DNA of 64,000 nucleotides from the human T2T-CHM13v2.0 reference genome, Homo sapiens (GCF_009914755.1 NC_060933.1), one strand, 5' to 3'. Counted from the first letter of the stretch, positions 1-14,115 are shown. The notes: generated by a model from the letters alone, not told the origin. Program-made: numbers and translations.

Positions 1-1273
1 AGTGGCTTTTTTTGTTTGTTTTGAAAAGTGAAAAGATTTTTTCTTACTTTTTAAGAGTTACATAAGGATAGCAGTAAATAACGCAACTTTGAAGAGACAA
101 TGTTCAGGCTCTGCACAGATTTATGTTTGGTAGGGTTTCTGGCATAATGGTAATTATCCTTATAGTAAATGCATTTATATGTATGTATAAATCATAAGTT
201 TTAAGAATAACTTGGAATGTATAATTCGAATTTAGAGAAAATGCAAGAGTAAATTTGAAAAACTTTTATTTTCTGAGTGCAGTCAAGAAACAAGAATAAA
301 AATTACAAAGGTTATATAATTTTGAGAGCAGTGTATTCAGGGTGCATTTCAAGAAAATTATCTTCAAAATTAAGAAATAAGAACGGTCTTACAAATGTGA
401 CCTCTTGATGGCTGAAGTTGATTGGAGACAGAACCCAGAAAATAGAGTTGTATACAAAGATATATACCCACCAGCTTCCTAATAAAAACAATAAAATGAA
501 GTTTGAATAAAATATTTAATTTAAAGAAGTAAAAGTTAGAATTGATCACCATTTGACTCTTTTTTTTTTGTACTATAATTCTTTTGCAGCACAGAAAAAT
601 AATCAGAGAAAGAAAGAAAAAATTGGTCTCTGGAGAGAGATATTTTCCCCAAATGACACATCTTTTAGTATTCTACTCATACTTTTTGGATTAGCGCAAA
701 ACTTTAAAATCAAAGTTTATAATCAATCTTGAAGTTTTACTTTTACTTGTGTTTGGGTGTTTCTAGACTATGAGCATATAATTGATAATTGGTGTTTAAA
801 GACTTTCTAAACTCAGTCCTTGAAGTTAAGGAAGTCACATAACTGCATTCTCTGGCATTTGTTGCTTTACCAATATGTTGAATGCTAAAGGATTTTCTCT
901 TGGCTGTTCAAAACACATGTTTATCAAAATATATTCACGAGTGTACTAACATTCTTGGAAGGTACAGGACAACAGCAGTGTGTGCTGAGTCCCAGCTAGA
1001 CTCAGGAATAGCAAAGGAGGACACAGACGATAAATCTACAATATGGAGGGATTATGGGAGGATTTGGCAAGAAAACCATAACATTTGATGACTCTAGGAT
1101 TAGACCTGGAGGAAAACTGAGAGCATTTTAGATTTGCTTTATATGCCTCTCTACCCTTGCTTTATCATTACATTATTGCCAGCCTTCCTCTTGGAGCTAC
1201 TGTTTTTTCTTTAGACTGATTGTGATGGAAAGTAAGAGAGTGGGGAAGAGGGCCTTCGTAAACAGTCTCTAAT

Positions 1274-1321
1274 GCCTTCCTGCCTGCCTGCTTGCCTGTC
1301 CACCTGCCTGTCTGCCTTCCT
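1274..1321. repeat. Degenerate (CCTG)n simple repeat at the tail position of the adjacent L2
   Basis: gccttcctgcctgcctgcttgcctgtccacctgcctgtctgccttcc. Confidence 0.7.
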
Positions 1322-2990
1322 TGAGTTTCTATTGAGTAGTTTTATCTTCTAGGCACTGTACTACTCACTGGGAATACAATAATGAACAAAAACAGCCACA
1401 TTCCCTGCTTACTTTGGAGCTTAAGATCTCATGATGGAGACAGACATCATGTAAATATTCATGTATTTGAATGAATAATTAAGGTCTGAGCTAAAATTCT
1501 CTGAAGGAAGATAATAGGCCCAGAAAGCACAAACAATGTATCTTGACCTAGACTAATGCTGACTCTTCCAAAGAAGAGTTATATCAATAGCAGTGGTAAG
1601 AGATTGACAGGCTGAGAGAAACAGCATGTGCACAGATACTGTAGCAGGTGGAAGCAAGATCTTGAAGAAGTCACGTTAACTCTACAGGAGTAGAAAGCCA
1701 GAAATGCAGACCCATATTAAGGTCTCAGATCTCTATTCTAATGGAACCACAGGATGCCTCTGAAGGGCTTTTTTTGTGGTGGAAAGTGGAGGTGTTACAC
1801 TATGGCTGCTGAGTGTAGAACATCTTAGGCAAAACTATGGTGAATGTAAGAAGACCATAAAAGGCCATTTTTATACTTTAGGCTAGAGGTACTTTGATGA
1901 CAGAAGAGATGGTGAGAAGTAGGTGGGTTTGAGATATATTTTAGAGGTAATTTCAGTAAGATTTGATGATGTGTTGATGTATGAGGTGCAAAAGAGAGGA
2001 TGGTTTCAAAAAGGACCCTGATTCTGGTTTCTACATCAAGATAAAAGATGAAACCATTTAATGAGATAGACAAGATTAGAAGAGATCAAGATTCAGTTGA
2101 GAATATCATGCATTCAGTCTGGGTTTGCAACGTTTGTGGTTCCTCTGAGATATTAAGGTAGAGATATCTAGGAGACAGTTGGGTGTGTGATACGGACCTA
2201 GAAAAAGGGTCCAGAGTGGCGATAGTAAATTTGGAAATCATTGGTTTATAGATAGGAACTAAATTGGTGGGTATAGATGTGATTACCCAGACAGAGAGTA
2301 AAGGGTAAGAGGAGAATAGGATCTTGGTTGAGACTTAACTCTAACATTTAAGGATTAGCCTTCAAAAATGCTTAAGTATCCAGAGAACTGGGAAGAAAAC
2401 CAGATAAGTGTAGAAAATAGAAGCCAAGAAAAGAGAGCATTCCAAGAAGGTGAAGTGAGGGCTGAAAACATCCAGCAAGTTCAGTGACATGGAGATTTAG
2501 GCAGAGAGCCATCTATGGAGTGGAATGAAACCAGATTGGAATGAGTTAAGGAGACAGTAGAGGTGTGGAAAAGGAGATGGCAAGAACAGACAAGGATTTC
2601 AAAAGTTTTGTTACAAAGGAAAAGGCAGGGATAGAGTCATAGCTGAAGGGGGATATAAGACCTAAAAAGAGATTTTTTTTTTAATGCGTTTGTTTAAAGA
2701 TGTGTGAAGCTGGAGCATACTTAGATATTGAAGGGAAGAACCCTGGTTGGGAAAGACAAGTTGAATCTAGTATAGAGAAAAGGCATAACTTATAGTGTTG
2801 GGTTCCTGAGAAGGGCAAAAGTATAGAACTTAAAACCCAGGCACAGGATTGGACTTTGATAGGAGGAAGGGAGCTCCCTATGACAGAAAGGAAAAGGTAG
2901 GAGCAAAGGAAGGCAGGGTTTTTTGTGGTGTGGTGGAAAGCTGAGGAAGTTACCATCTTAGGGGTTCAATTTTCTCTTGGAAGAATTGGT
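1322..2990 (-). mobile_element. LINE-2 (L2) relic, about 1.6 kb of the 3' portion
   Basis: Starts with antisense L2 3'-end text (attgag...aggcactgta...ggaatacaataatgaacaaaaacag...ggagctt...ggagacagac) and continues as purine-rich antisense L2 ORF2 sequence. Right boundary is approximate. Confidence 0.8.
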
Positions 2991-3454
2991 GACCTCACCT
3001 AGACATATTCTCTTCATGTGCACCAACCATGCCAAGGACATTCTTTAAACTTACTCCATCAACATTTAGTAGTTCTGTATCCTGTTATCTCAAGGCTCTA
3101 TTCTTTAAGTATGATACATGAATTAGGAATGAATGGCTGATAATAATTTAAGTGGCCATCTACATCATGTTGCATTTTAATATCTTCAGAGTTACAGCCC
3201 AGAGAAGCAATTTCCATAGAAAATTTGGGATGTTGGTAGGAAGAAGAAAAAAATGGTGTGGCCTAAGAGTTGTGGCATTGTTCATTCTGTGATATGGGAA
3301 GGTCAGTCTGATGATGCCACAGGAGAGATTTTCATGTGACTGTTATGTGGTAAAACCTGAGTATGGGGACTCTACTGCTCCCTGACTGAAAAGGAAAAAA
3401 GATGGTAGCTGCATATCCATTGTAATCTGGAGAATATGAGCATATGTAAGAGTT

Positions 3455-3607
3455 ATAGGGAAAAAACATAAGCTTGGGAATCAGCTAGACATAGGTTCAT
3501 ATTCCTGTTTTGCCATGAGCAGTTCTTAGCCTCGGTTTCCTCACCATGAAATGGGAACAAAATATGATCTTACAGGGTTATGAAGATTAAGCAGAAAATA
3601 TATAAAA
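3455..3607 (+). mobile_element. MIR SINE
   Basis: MIR core gcctcggtttcctcaccatgaaatggga...cttacagggttatgaagattaa. Confidence 0.7.
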
Positions 3608-3613
3608 TATATA

Positions 3614-3662
3614 TTAGGTTGATTCAAAAGTAATCAAGATTTTGCCATTATGGCAAAAAAAC
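3614..3662. mobile_element. MADE1 (Hsmar1 MITE) fragment
   Basis: ttaggttgattcaaaagtaatcaagattttgccattatggcaaaaa matches the MADE1 left arm and centre, and is preceded by TA. Confidence 0.7.
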
Positions 3663-3944
3663 ATGTATAACTACATTTCCTTTATTTCTCAGGCTAAAAG
3701 TTGAATATCTTTGTTTCTGTTGTCCATGTGTTTTCACTGAGAAGGTGTACAGTTGAGGCATGAGTATGGGAAATTAGCCCAAGGCTTTTCTCAGGACCTG
3801 TTATTTAATGAATTGCGCAATGGAATGACCTCCTCCCCCCAAAAAAAATAAAAACAAGGAGCCACAAAAAATGATTGGGTATTCTTGTTCTGCTACAAAT
3901 TCCACAGGTGAGATATTTGCAATCTAGAGGGCCTTTTCCATAGT

Positions 3945-4384
3945 AGCAAGTTCTTAGAGAATAAAATGTAAATTCCTACAAATGCCCTTCATAGTCCAAC
4001 ACTAACCCACTTCCCAGCCTCATCTTCCATCACTTCCCCATGCCCTACTTTGCAAACCCACTGACTACTTCTCTTTCCACCTCATGAATGCCCACGCACC
4101 CAGTGGAAACAGTCCTTTCTGCGAGGACTTCCCCACTTCTCTGGGCAGTTGTTTTTTCTTTCTTCTCTAGACTTACAGCTCCCTGAAATTTTTGAATCAT
4201 GCCTCCCTGTAATACTTACTGGGTTGTGTTTAATGAGTCTGCCAGTCAGTTTGTCTCCCCTACCAGGCTTTAAGTAACTCAGGGGCAAGGGACCCAATTC
4301 ACTCTTGGAAGCATGTACCCCTACTATGGTGTGAGAGTATCATGGCATTTGATGAATGCTGTTGGATGAAGTAAAGAATGAATG
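3945..4384 (+). mobile_element. L2 3' end
   Basis: ttgtctccccta...taag..ctcaggggcaaggga...gaatgaatg terminal motif. Confidence 0.6.
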
Positions 4385-4941
4385 CTTGGGGATATTGTAA
4401 ATAACAAGGCTGACCTGCATAATTACCTAACATGTTTTTCTCTCACAGAATAGTACCATCTAAACAGGAAGCTGGTCTCACACTATAGGTTGCCTGCAAA
4501 TTTACCTAGCCTTTTGTTTGTACACACCCAAAATGTACGATGTTATCTATGACCTTTTGGTATCTACCTTGCTCTCTTTACTCACTGATGTGTGTCCTAT
4601 ATACTTGTCTGGGTTGCTGAGCACCTGGAACTCTGACAAATTAGCTGGATCTAATAATTTGATTCCAAGAGTAAGTAGACACCTAAATTTGTTTTCTGGA
4701 TAAGGCTTAGACAAAATCTTGTTAATATTTGTGAACATTTAAAAAAGAAGTGGCAGATTTTTTCCCCCAAGCGCAATCCGTACCCCAAATCAAAATATCC
4801 TTCGGTATGTTGTTCACTCCAATCAGTTACCAATTCCCAAATTTGCTCTAGTCTGCTTTAAAGCTTCAAGGCTTAGGAAAAGGAGTAGTGGTGGTTTAGT
4901 TACTGACAGTACAAAAAGGCCTGTGAATATGGAGCATTAAT

Positions 4942-4983
4942 ACACTTTACTCCCTTCAAACACTTTCCTCCCTTCAAACACTT
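4942..4983. repeat. 18-bp tandem duplication (about 2.3 copies)
   Basis: acactttactcccttcaa acactttcctcccttcaa acactt. Confidence 0.85.
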
Positions 4984-5379
4984 AATGACAAAGACTCCTG
5001 GCATTGCCTTTGCAATGGAATTAACTTTGGCTTCAAAACCTAGGAGAGAGAGCATTCTTGGGGATGACTGCTCCATGAAAATAACTTTATAATTTACTGT
5101 CTTCAGCCTCCAAGGTTTTAAAACTTGATTGCATAACAAATGTACTGTAAGTTTAATAAATGCAGTAAATGAATAAGTAAATAGATGACTAAATCTACCA
5201 GTCTTAAAATATGAACAATAGTGTTGCTTTGCCTTGATTGAACTTTCAAGGATTTTTAAAACAAAACAACAAAACAAAAACTTCATTCAATTCCATGTAT
5301 GAAGACCTGACAGCCATGGAATTTTCCTTGAAGGGTGAGATTTCCATCCTCTGCAAAATTTTAGCTAATGATAGAGTTC

Positions 5380-5700
5380 CATACTCTAAAGCTTTTGATA
5401 GGATGTTTCATTATCAACCCTTTGGAATAAGATAAAAAATTCAGGCTGCATTGCTAAAAATGGGAAACCTTGGCAGAAGAGCAATCGATTTATTAGGAGA
5501 CCACCAATGAGTTAGAAGAGGAGTGGAAATCAGAATTGATAATGGTTTGATCACTACCAGTTTGCTGGATGTTTTGGATATGGTTCAGAGAAACTGAAAG
5601 CTACAGTCTTTATCTCTCACATGCTCCAGGGGCTTTTGTTTCACATAAGCCGCCTCTGCCTAGAGTTCTCTTCACCCAGTAAATAGATTTTTATGACTCA
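5380..5700 (+). mobile_element. Possible ancient CR1/L3 LINE reverse-transcriptase fragment
   Basis: aaagcttttgataggatgtttcattatcaaccctttggaataagat translates SKAFDRMFH, similar to the CR1 RT motif SKAFDKVxH. Downstream text weakly resembles L3. Very diverged. Confidence 0.35.
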
Positions 5701-7269
5701 GTGGAATATACTCTCTTCACTCCAGAAGAGAGCTGTCCCTGTACGTAAAGTGAAATAAGATCAAATTCATTTGAACACAGCTTAGTTGATTCCAGGCTTG
5801 GGCATTGAAGAAGAAATTTAAATAACATTTCTCTGCTGTATCTCTTGTCTGTCTTCTAGGCTCTTAGCTCCAAAGACCATACAAAAAACCATACAAAAAA
5901 CACACAGCTTATCACCAATTTTTAATCTCTGCTAGCTCAAAAACTTTCCAAAGCAAACTTAGCCTATTGCATAAATGATTGTATACTTTTGTTCAACATT
6001 AACACAATGAAGAAAAGTGCCATGAGCTGAAAATAGTCTTACAGAAATTAATGACCTTGTTTTGTTATGCATTTTGACGCAGCTTCACCACATGGCAAGA
6101 GTTGATAACTTCTTTTCATAATTGTACATTTCAAAAAAAAAATAAGTCTTTCAAAGTAGCTAGTTAAAATGGATAAGAGAGGCAGGTAGCATAGAAACAG
6201 ACAGTGAGGTTAGAATTAAATTTAGGTTCCATTCTATTCTCTAGTTTCCCTTCACAGCTGGGTACAAACTAGCATCTTCAGGCAAATCTTTCATCTCCCT
6301 CTTTGGCAGTGTACCATCCATAAGTTAGAAGATTTGTTTATGATTCTAAATGCAGTCTTTTCAAGTTCTGAACTGTAAGATGCTACATTGGAAAGCAGTA
6401 ACTCTAATAATGTTTTAGAATATTTTATTTCATTCTTGCTGAGATAATCTTGCAAGATATTACAGAAAAGAGTATCCAAAATTACTGAGTCAATGCAAAT
6501 TTTATTATGGGCAAAATTTTAAAAAATTAAATTTTTAAATTGGCTGCCATTCGTGAGTCAAAAGAAATTAAACCTGTAGGTAAGTAACTTGTATTTCATT
6601 GACTCTTTTGTGTGTAAACCTCACCAGAAAAGCAGCTTCAAAATGTGACTGACTGAAATTGTGGCCCTATGGAAGCAGAGAAGTGGATGTTTAACTGGGT
6701 GGACTTGAACTCCTTTTTCAAACAAAGCTCCTGGGGCCAGAGAGCTCTAGCAATGACACTCATAGTCCTGTGTGATTCCTGGAGGTGCTGCAGAAGTCAA
6801 CTGAGACCCTGACTAGATATTCATACTAAAAGCTAGCATTTGGGGTCGGGGGAGGGTGTAGCTTCTAAAATTTAATACAATTCTGAATGTTGACCACTTA
6901 GTTGAATTCTGAGGATTTGTTCTCTCTTTTGCCCCTCTCCTTTGAGAACCGTGGTCTCCTATTACAGTTCCTCAGTATATCCTGTCCAATAAGCAAGCAG
7001 CAGTTTGCTAACCATTTTTCAGGACTTCGAAATCTGTTAGGATGTGGAATAGGACATGGGTCTGTATCACTATTACTGTGCAAGGGAGTGCTAGGTCCTT
7101 TTGTCTGGGGCAGAGGGAGCTAGAGTGTTCAGGAATTTTTGACCTGAGTTTGGAGTTGTTGGATAAAGTTGCTTCAAAAGCTAGAGCTCTAGACAGGTTC
7201 CACATAACAGAGTCAAACCACGTAGAAACCATGTAATCTCTACTTCTTCTATTCCCTTCTCAGTTCCCT

Positions 7270-7545
7270 GAGTCCTGAGCCTGCTCTCTTTAAGATCACC
7301 AATAAGTCACTGTCACCAACGCCACTGGATAACTTGTGGTCATCATCTTCTTTGAGCCCTTTGTACATATGCTAATGCTAAGCCACCTTCCTCCTAGATA
7401 CCCTCTCTACATTTGGTGAATATGTCTCTATTTAATCCTGTCTTTTTTTTCTATCTCTCCGCTTATTCTTTCTCAGTCCTCTTTGCAGATTTCTTGTCCT
7501 CCAACATTCTTTAAATGGTGATATCCATTGTCAGCCCCCTTCTCG
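7270..7545 (+). mobile_element. L2 ORF2 fragment
   Basis: ctgctctctttaagatcaccaat...ccactgga...tcatcttctttga...ctttctcagtcctctttgc. Confidence 0.6.
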
Positions 7546-7641
7546 GCGTGAAACATTACCAATTATTAGTAGTGTTATTTATGTCTCCCTTACCAAGGTG
7601 TCTCAGTAACTGAAATTCCATCATTAGACATTCATTTCTTT

Positions 7642-8044
<403 letters not shown>

Positions 8045-9094
8045 TCAGAGCCACTCTCCTCCTCTGTGAAAGGTGGTACATAGCAGGTGATGCCTCTCTA
8101 TTTCCAAGCAACTAGGGAAGGAGGAAAAGAGTGCACCAAAAGGGTATTAAGGAACAAGAATGAGCTTTGTTTCCTTTACAGTTTTGCTTAAGGTTGTTAC
8201 TCTTCACTGTAATTCTTATCAAAGTTATTGTCTTTATTTATGACAGAACTTTCCAAGGTGAGCAAGAGGTTCTACCCAGTGTGGGTGCTAATTACCCGAC
8301 AGTCCCTGAAACTTCTCTCAGGTGTCAATAGTATTTTCTCCCTTTTTCTCATATATGTTAATTATTCAGTAGGATTAATGACTTATCACTCTGATTTCGG
8401 CAGTACGGCGAATATTAGTCAGCCTAACTGCTTAGAGCAACATAGGATCTGAATAGCAACAGCAAGATTTACCTTAATGCTTCAAGGAACAGTTTCTTGA
8501 GATAAATCAACAAATCCCTAATTGGGTTACAGTAATCAGATGTGCCCACAAGGGTTGATTTTGCAAGTGAAAGATTGAAAAGAGAAATATCCTAAGATAA
8601 ATCCAATTAAAATTTTTATTGAGAGATAGAACAGGAAATCTAAAGGAGAGATAGCTCAATCTTTTGAATTGAGTGCTGAATTAGGAAATAGGGTTGCTAC
8701 AGCTTTTTCCAAGCATCTTTGTTTACTCATTCTCTAGCCCTGGGGAAGTCGCTTCTACTTGGCATTCTCATCTATTGGTAAAATTAATTAATCCTATTGA
8801 TAACATAAGATGTTGCTCCTTGAAGTTTGAAGGTGGCATGTAAATAAATTGCTTAAAGCCTTTTGGAATTGCATTCAATAAGACAGATTCTCCATGGTTA
8901 CAATAAGCTACTTCCTAGCTAAAGGTAAGAAGCTAAAGTGAGGAATCCTGATGATGTCTCCATATTTAAAACAAACAACTTTGGTTCTTGTTTGGGTGGC
9001 TTTAACCACCTTGTAGTGAGCTTAGGGTTCCTGCAGGTGCTGGAGCCCTTCCTTATAAGGAGCTTTTTATGTATTAAACCATTTCCTGAGGAAC

Positions 9095-9290
9095 AATAAT
9101 CAGAATTTATGTGCCAGCCTCTGTTAGAAGCACAAAATATGTGTTAAAATTATTTCAGCCTCGTTAAAACCTTTTGAGGTAGATAGTTAATATCTCCAAT
9201 TTATTGAGAAGGAAACTTAACACAAAAAAAAGTAAAACATTTTTCCCCAATTCACTAACCTACAAAGTCGTAAAGCTGGTATTTGAGCTT
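9095..9290 (-). mobile_element. MIR SINE
   Basis: atgtgccagcctctgtt...tgaggtagatagttaatatctccaattt...aggaaact. Confidence 0.6.
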
Positions 9291-9431
9291 TTGTTCTTCA
9301 TCAACAGGCTGTTTTATCTCTTTATAGTTCTTTGAAAGTGTGTTAGGACTTCATTAGAATATAAGGACGGCATGAATGCAAGTATCAGGAGAATCAAGAA
9401 AGTGGCTCTTTCAATTTCTTGCTCTTGCTGG

Positions 9432-9845
9432 TTCATCGATTCAAATATTCCTGGAGCATCTATCATATGCTAAGTGCTATGCTAGGTGATGGGGTGTTCC
9501 TTGCCCTTATGGGGCTTACAGTATGGTGGGGAAATAGACACTAAGGAAGTAAAAAAAGAAATATATAAGAGCAATATAAATAGTGTGAAAGAAATAATCA
9601 TGAAGTGGAATGAATATCAAGGTACAGACCCTGTTTCCATAAGGTGGTCAGGAAGGACTTCTCTGAGGAGATGGCATTGGAACTAACACTGAAGGATGAG
9701 GAGTCAGCAATGAGAAATTTCGGGACAGGGATGGAGAGTGGAGGGAAGGAGAAGGTTTTATGCTGAGGGAGCACCTGGTTAAATGCCTTGAGGAGAGAAA
9801 GAACTTGTTTGCATTTGAATAACTGAAGCAAGGCTAGAGTGGTTG
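9432..9845 (-). mobile_element. L2 3' fragment
   Basis: ttcatcgattcaaatatt...gagcatctatcatatgctaagtgctatgctaggtg...ggtcaggaaggacttctctgaggagatggcatt. Confidence 0.75.
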
Positions 9846-10026
9846 TGTCTTCATGAGGAAAAAAACTGGCTCTGTTTTTAGATGTATTTGCAGCTGAAGT
9901 ATTAAGATTTCTCTTTAAAATAATGAACATTTTATTATTTCTAGTACTTTGCGTATGAATTATGCAAGAGTGGGATTTGAAAATCACTGTGTGGTGTGGA
10001 GGAAAATCTGAGCAGTTATCAGTGTG

Positions 10027-10580
10027 TGTGATGGTTAATACTGATTGTCAACTCAATTGGATTGAAGGATGCAAAGTATTGTTCCAGGGTATGTCTGAGA
10101 GGGTGTTGCCAAAGGAGATTAATAGTTGAGTCAGTAGACTGGGAGAGACAGACCCACCCTTAATCTGGGTGGGCACCACCTAATCAACTACCAGCATGGC
10201 TAGCATAAAGCAGGCAGGAGAAGACGGAAGAGCAGACTTGCTGAGTCTTCTAGCCTTCATCTTTTTTTCATGCTGGATGCTTCCTGTCCTTGCATATCAG
10301 GCTCCAAGTTCTTCAGCTTTTGGGCTCTTGGACTTACACCAGTGATTTGCCAAGGGCTCTCAGGCCGTCAGCCACAGACTGAAGGCTGCACTATCAGCTT
10401 TTCTACTTTTGAGGTTTGGGGACTCAGACTGGCTTCCTTGCTCCTCAGCATGCAGACGGCCTATTATGGGGCTTCACTTTGTTACTGTGTGAGTCAATTC
10501 TCCTTAATAAACCCCTCTTCATATATACATATACATCTATCCTATTAGTTCTGTCCCTCTAGAGAACCCTGACTAATACA
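10027..10580 (+). mobile_element. Full-length solo LTR of HERV-L, MLT2A family (554 bp, best fits MLT2A2)
   Basis: Begins TGTGATGGTTAATACTGA and ends CCCTGACTAATACA, with an internal AATAAA. Perfect 5-bp TSD GTGTG at 10022-10026 and 10581-10585. Confidence 0.92.
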
Positions 10581-11604
10581 GTGTGGTATCTGCTCTGGGA
10601 TGGGGTACTCCCATGGCCAGCAGATTTTGTTGATACATAAGTGGAGGTAGAAAGGCAAGAGGCATTTTACTAGAGGGGACAAACTGTTGGCTTTCTATTC
10701 AGACTATGAAAGACCCAGAGGGGTTGGATTGTACCAAATGAACATCTGGATCAGATTTTGTTCCCCTGAATCTCAGGCACCTTCTGAAAACTTATTGGAC
10801 TCTTTGGATAATAGATATGATTACTCTTTGGCTTGATTCTTCAATTCAGCAAGTAGTTCCCATCCCCAAATCTATTTCTTGAAAAAAAAATTAACTTGTC
10901 TATTTGTTTCAAAAAGAATCAGACAGAGGCCCTTGGAAATATTATATCTTGATCTAAATTCATAGGGTTTTTTTCCCCTCTAAAATTGTACTACATACTC
11001 TTCAACTTCCTTTTGAATGCCATTTGATTTTTTATGTATGAGACAAATGTATCATACAGTTTGGGTTAGCAAGAACTTGCAGGAACAATTGGCCACCTTT
11101 CAACTGAGATATTTTCCAGAAACAGGGCTTTAAAAAGTAGAGACAATCTTCCTTCCTAAAAGTCTAATCCAGGACCATTTCCTCTTATATTCTTTTTAGG
11201 GCTAACCTTAGGACTCTCAAGCAAACAGTTAGGTATGTACATACACACATACCTGCAAACACACACCGTTGAATTAATCTTTCAGGTGCAGCATGGAATC
11301 TGAGGCAAAGAAGAGATTACTATAAACATATCTAGGCCAAAATGCATGGAGTTCAAGAAGAGGAAAAAGCAAAGAATTGTAAGATTCAGAAAGAAGAGGT
11401 GAGCATCTCAGCCATCAACAATCACATTGGTACATTGCACAAGTTATTTACAATTCAACTCCTGCTCTTGGTGAATCAAAACCTTGTTTGGAAATTTCAC
11501 TGTACAAGGCTTCTTGTCTTCTTTGCCAGTGGTCATACCGTTTTTTCCAACTTTTCCAGTAATGAAGGCTGGTCCTATGTAGCATATGCTTTCCGTGCCT
11601 TTTA

Positions 11605-11950
11605 TCTCCACTAGCATGGCTCTTCAAGTTCAGAAGCAAAGACTTTGGGATCAGATTGGATTGAATCCTGGCTCCACCATTATTAGCAATGTGCTATTGG
11701 GCAAACCATTAACCTCTGTGGATCATCCATAAATGGATAGCTTTGACCAGGGTTTCTCAAATTTTGGTGAAAAGCTAATAAAGAACACAAAGGACAAGTT
11801 CATTAAAGGAGGACAAGGCCTGGGACATTTTTCTTTTTATCAAATTCCCCAGGTGATTCTGATACCCACCAAATTTCAAAAACCACTGGCTTTGGGGATT
11901 AAAGATAAACTAATGCAACAAGCACCTGGCCATCAAGAAAGGTTTCCTAA
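11605..11950 (+). mobile_element. MIR interrupted by a MER5-type MITE
   Basis: ttgaatcctggctccacc...ttgggcaa...aacctctgtg; resumes ggattaaagataa...aagcacctggc. Confidence 0.65.
11748..11888. mobile_element. MER5A-like hAT-Charlie MITE
   Basis: Termini cagggtttctcaa ... aaccactg, internal ccccaggtgattctgat, imperfect 8-bp TSD gctttgac/gctttggg. Confidence 0.65.
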
Positions 11951-11959
11951 CTGGGGTCC

Positions 11960-12140
11960 TGTGGTAAAATGGAAAGGAGTTTTGTCTTTGGCATTCGAGA
12001 TGTGAATTTCTATGTAAGTTCCATTGCTTAATAACTGTGGCAGTTTGGCAATGTCATTTAATTTGTGTGACACATGGTGTCCTTATTTGTTAAATAGGAA
12101 TAATGCCCACATCTAGGGGTTATGGGCTTAATGGATTAGG
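11960..12140 (+). mobile_element. MIR SINE
   Basis: ataactgtggcagtttggcaatgtcatttaat...tccttatttgttaaataggaataat. Confidence 0.6.
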
Positions 12141-12733
12141 TGACTCACAGCAGGTGACTGATGAATATTGGCTGAAGTATAATCTCTTGCTACATTTAGA
12201 TGTAAGTATTTGTATAGAACCTTCTACACAGAGAACTTATATGAATTTGACTCAATAAAAACTCTCAAAACTTGGCTGATTACATATTTATTGAACATAG
12301 AATTGAATGTATGAATGCCATTGCATTTACCCATGACATACAATACAAATTTTGACACAAAGTGCTTTGATTGCATAACATATAGTTCCTATATATGCCC
12401 TCACTTTTAAACTCTCCATCCAATTTCTCACATCCATTCAATAACCCGAGTTGACTGTTCCAAAATACTAGGGAAATATTTTGCTTTACTGAGTTAGAAA
12501 TAATTTTTATTGACTATGTGCAAATCCTCTTAACACACGACTAACATCTCAGCTAATGGCAAACATAGGTCACAGTTATTAAGCCATGCTCTCAAATTTA
12601 GCCATTCTCTCACTTTATGAAACTCAAAATCCTTCCCAAGTTGTTAAAAGATTTTATACAGACCTCACAGTCTTCAAACTCTCTGATGCTGAATAACCTG
12701 AATAACAATTTTAATATTTATTAGTCATTATGA

Positions 12734-13050
12734 TTTCTTTCTTTTTTCTTTTTTCTTGAGGAGCAGCCTCTCTCTGTTGCCCAGGCTAGAGGGAAGTGGC
12801 ATGATCTCGGCTTCTTGGCTCACTGCAATCTCCGTCTCCCAGGTTCAAGCAATTCTCTTGCCTCAGCCTCCCAAGTAGCTGGAATTACAGGCACCCAACA
12901 CCACGCCTGGCTAATTTTTGTATTTTTAGTAGAGACGGGGTTTCACCATACTGGTAAGGCTGGTCTCGAACTGCTGACCTCAAGTGGTCCGCCCCCCACC
13001 TTGGCCTCCCAAAGTGCTGGAACTACAGGCGTGAGCCACCACTCCTGGCT
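12734..13050 (-). mobile_element. AluS (Sz/Sx-like)
   Basis: Full antisense dimer, ctgacctcaagtg diagnostic, T-rich tail on the left. Confidence 0.9.
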
Positions 13051-14029
13051 AAAATAATTTCTTATCACAAGAAAACTCCATAGGGTTATACAAGTGACAG
13101 AGAAGCAAATTCAGTCTGGCCTCTGATCTTGGTGGCAGAACAAAGAAGGAAATCACTGGAGGGCTGGAGGTGGATGAATGAAAGCCAGAGAATAGAAAAT
13201 GAGCATCAGCATCCTTAATGACCACCCTGCTTGAACAATCCCGCTTCCAATAAACACAAAGAAATCCACAAGCTCCAATGAGAAACAGTCTTGAAGCAAG
13301 GATGAGTTTCTCTTGTATCCCATTGTTTTCTGTATTCTGAGTGGGTTCAACCGCTTTAGACAGCAGAGCCTATATCCCTCTCCTCAATTTCCACAGCCCC
13401 ACTTTTCTCTTATTTTCTTTTTCCGCTCCTTTCTTCTCGCTCTCCTTTTCTATGATCTCTTTTGTCCTTTAACGAATGAGGTTGTAAAGGAAAAGTTATT
13501 CCATATTGTCCCTTTAAGACCTCCTCTCCTACTCAACAAGCCCCCTTCTAGACTTAATGGGCAAAGAGTGGACCATAATACTATTTGAAACCAATTCAAA
13601 ATCCTCCATGCTGACAGCTTACACCAGGAGATACTTGATTTAGGGACATTCATTAGAAAAATATATAATACAACTACAAATTTCCCTTCAGTTTTTCCAA
13701 AGATTTCTTTATTAAAATGGCCAGAAGGACAACATTTATATCATGACTAAATTTTAATAGTGATCTCTTGTGTTTACAAGGAGATGTTTATGCTCACTTA
13801 TATTTTGAATGTTTTATCTTCTCCCATTGCATAGAGACAGACTACTCTGCTCACAGGTGAAAAAAAAAAAACCACATAAAAGCCTCAGTAAAACCAAGTG
13901 ACTGAAGAGAATCAATGGAAGTTTGTTTACATTTTACATTAAGTATAAGGCTTCAACAGAAGCAAGTGCTGTCATTCTTTGAGCCACATTCATTTTTTGC
14001 CTTTAAAGCCATCATGACTAATTAAGAAG

Positions 14030-14115
14030 TCCTCTAGGGGTGAAGCCTGGGCATAGGTAGGTTTTCAAAGCTCCCCAGGTAAGTCCAATGTGCAGCCAGT
14101 GTGGAGAAAACACTG
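14030..14115. mobile_element. MER5-type MITE fragment
   Basis: aagctccccaggtaagtccaatgtgcagccagtgtggagaaaacactg. Confidence 0.55.

Noticed and set aside
4449-4670. Possible exon (tctcacag| ... AGA|GTAAGT)
   Set aside because: Splice-like pairs of this strength are common in AT-rich DNA; no compositional or coding support.
5876-5902. Short direct repeats (12-bp here, 10-bp at 30391-30410) considered as array-like structure
   Set aside because: Two-copy slippage duplications with no spacers; a CRISPR-like array is not supported and the DNA is primate.
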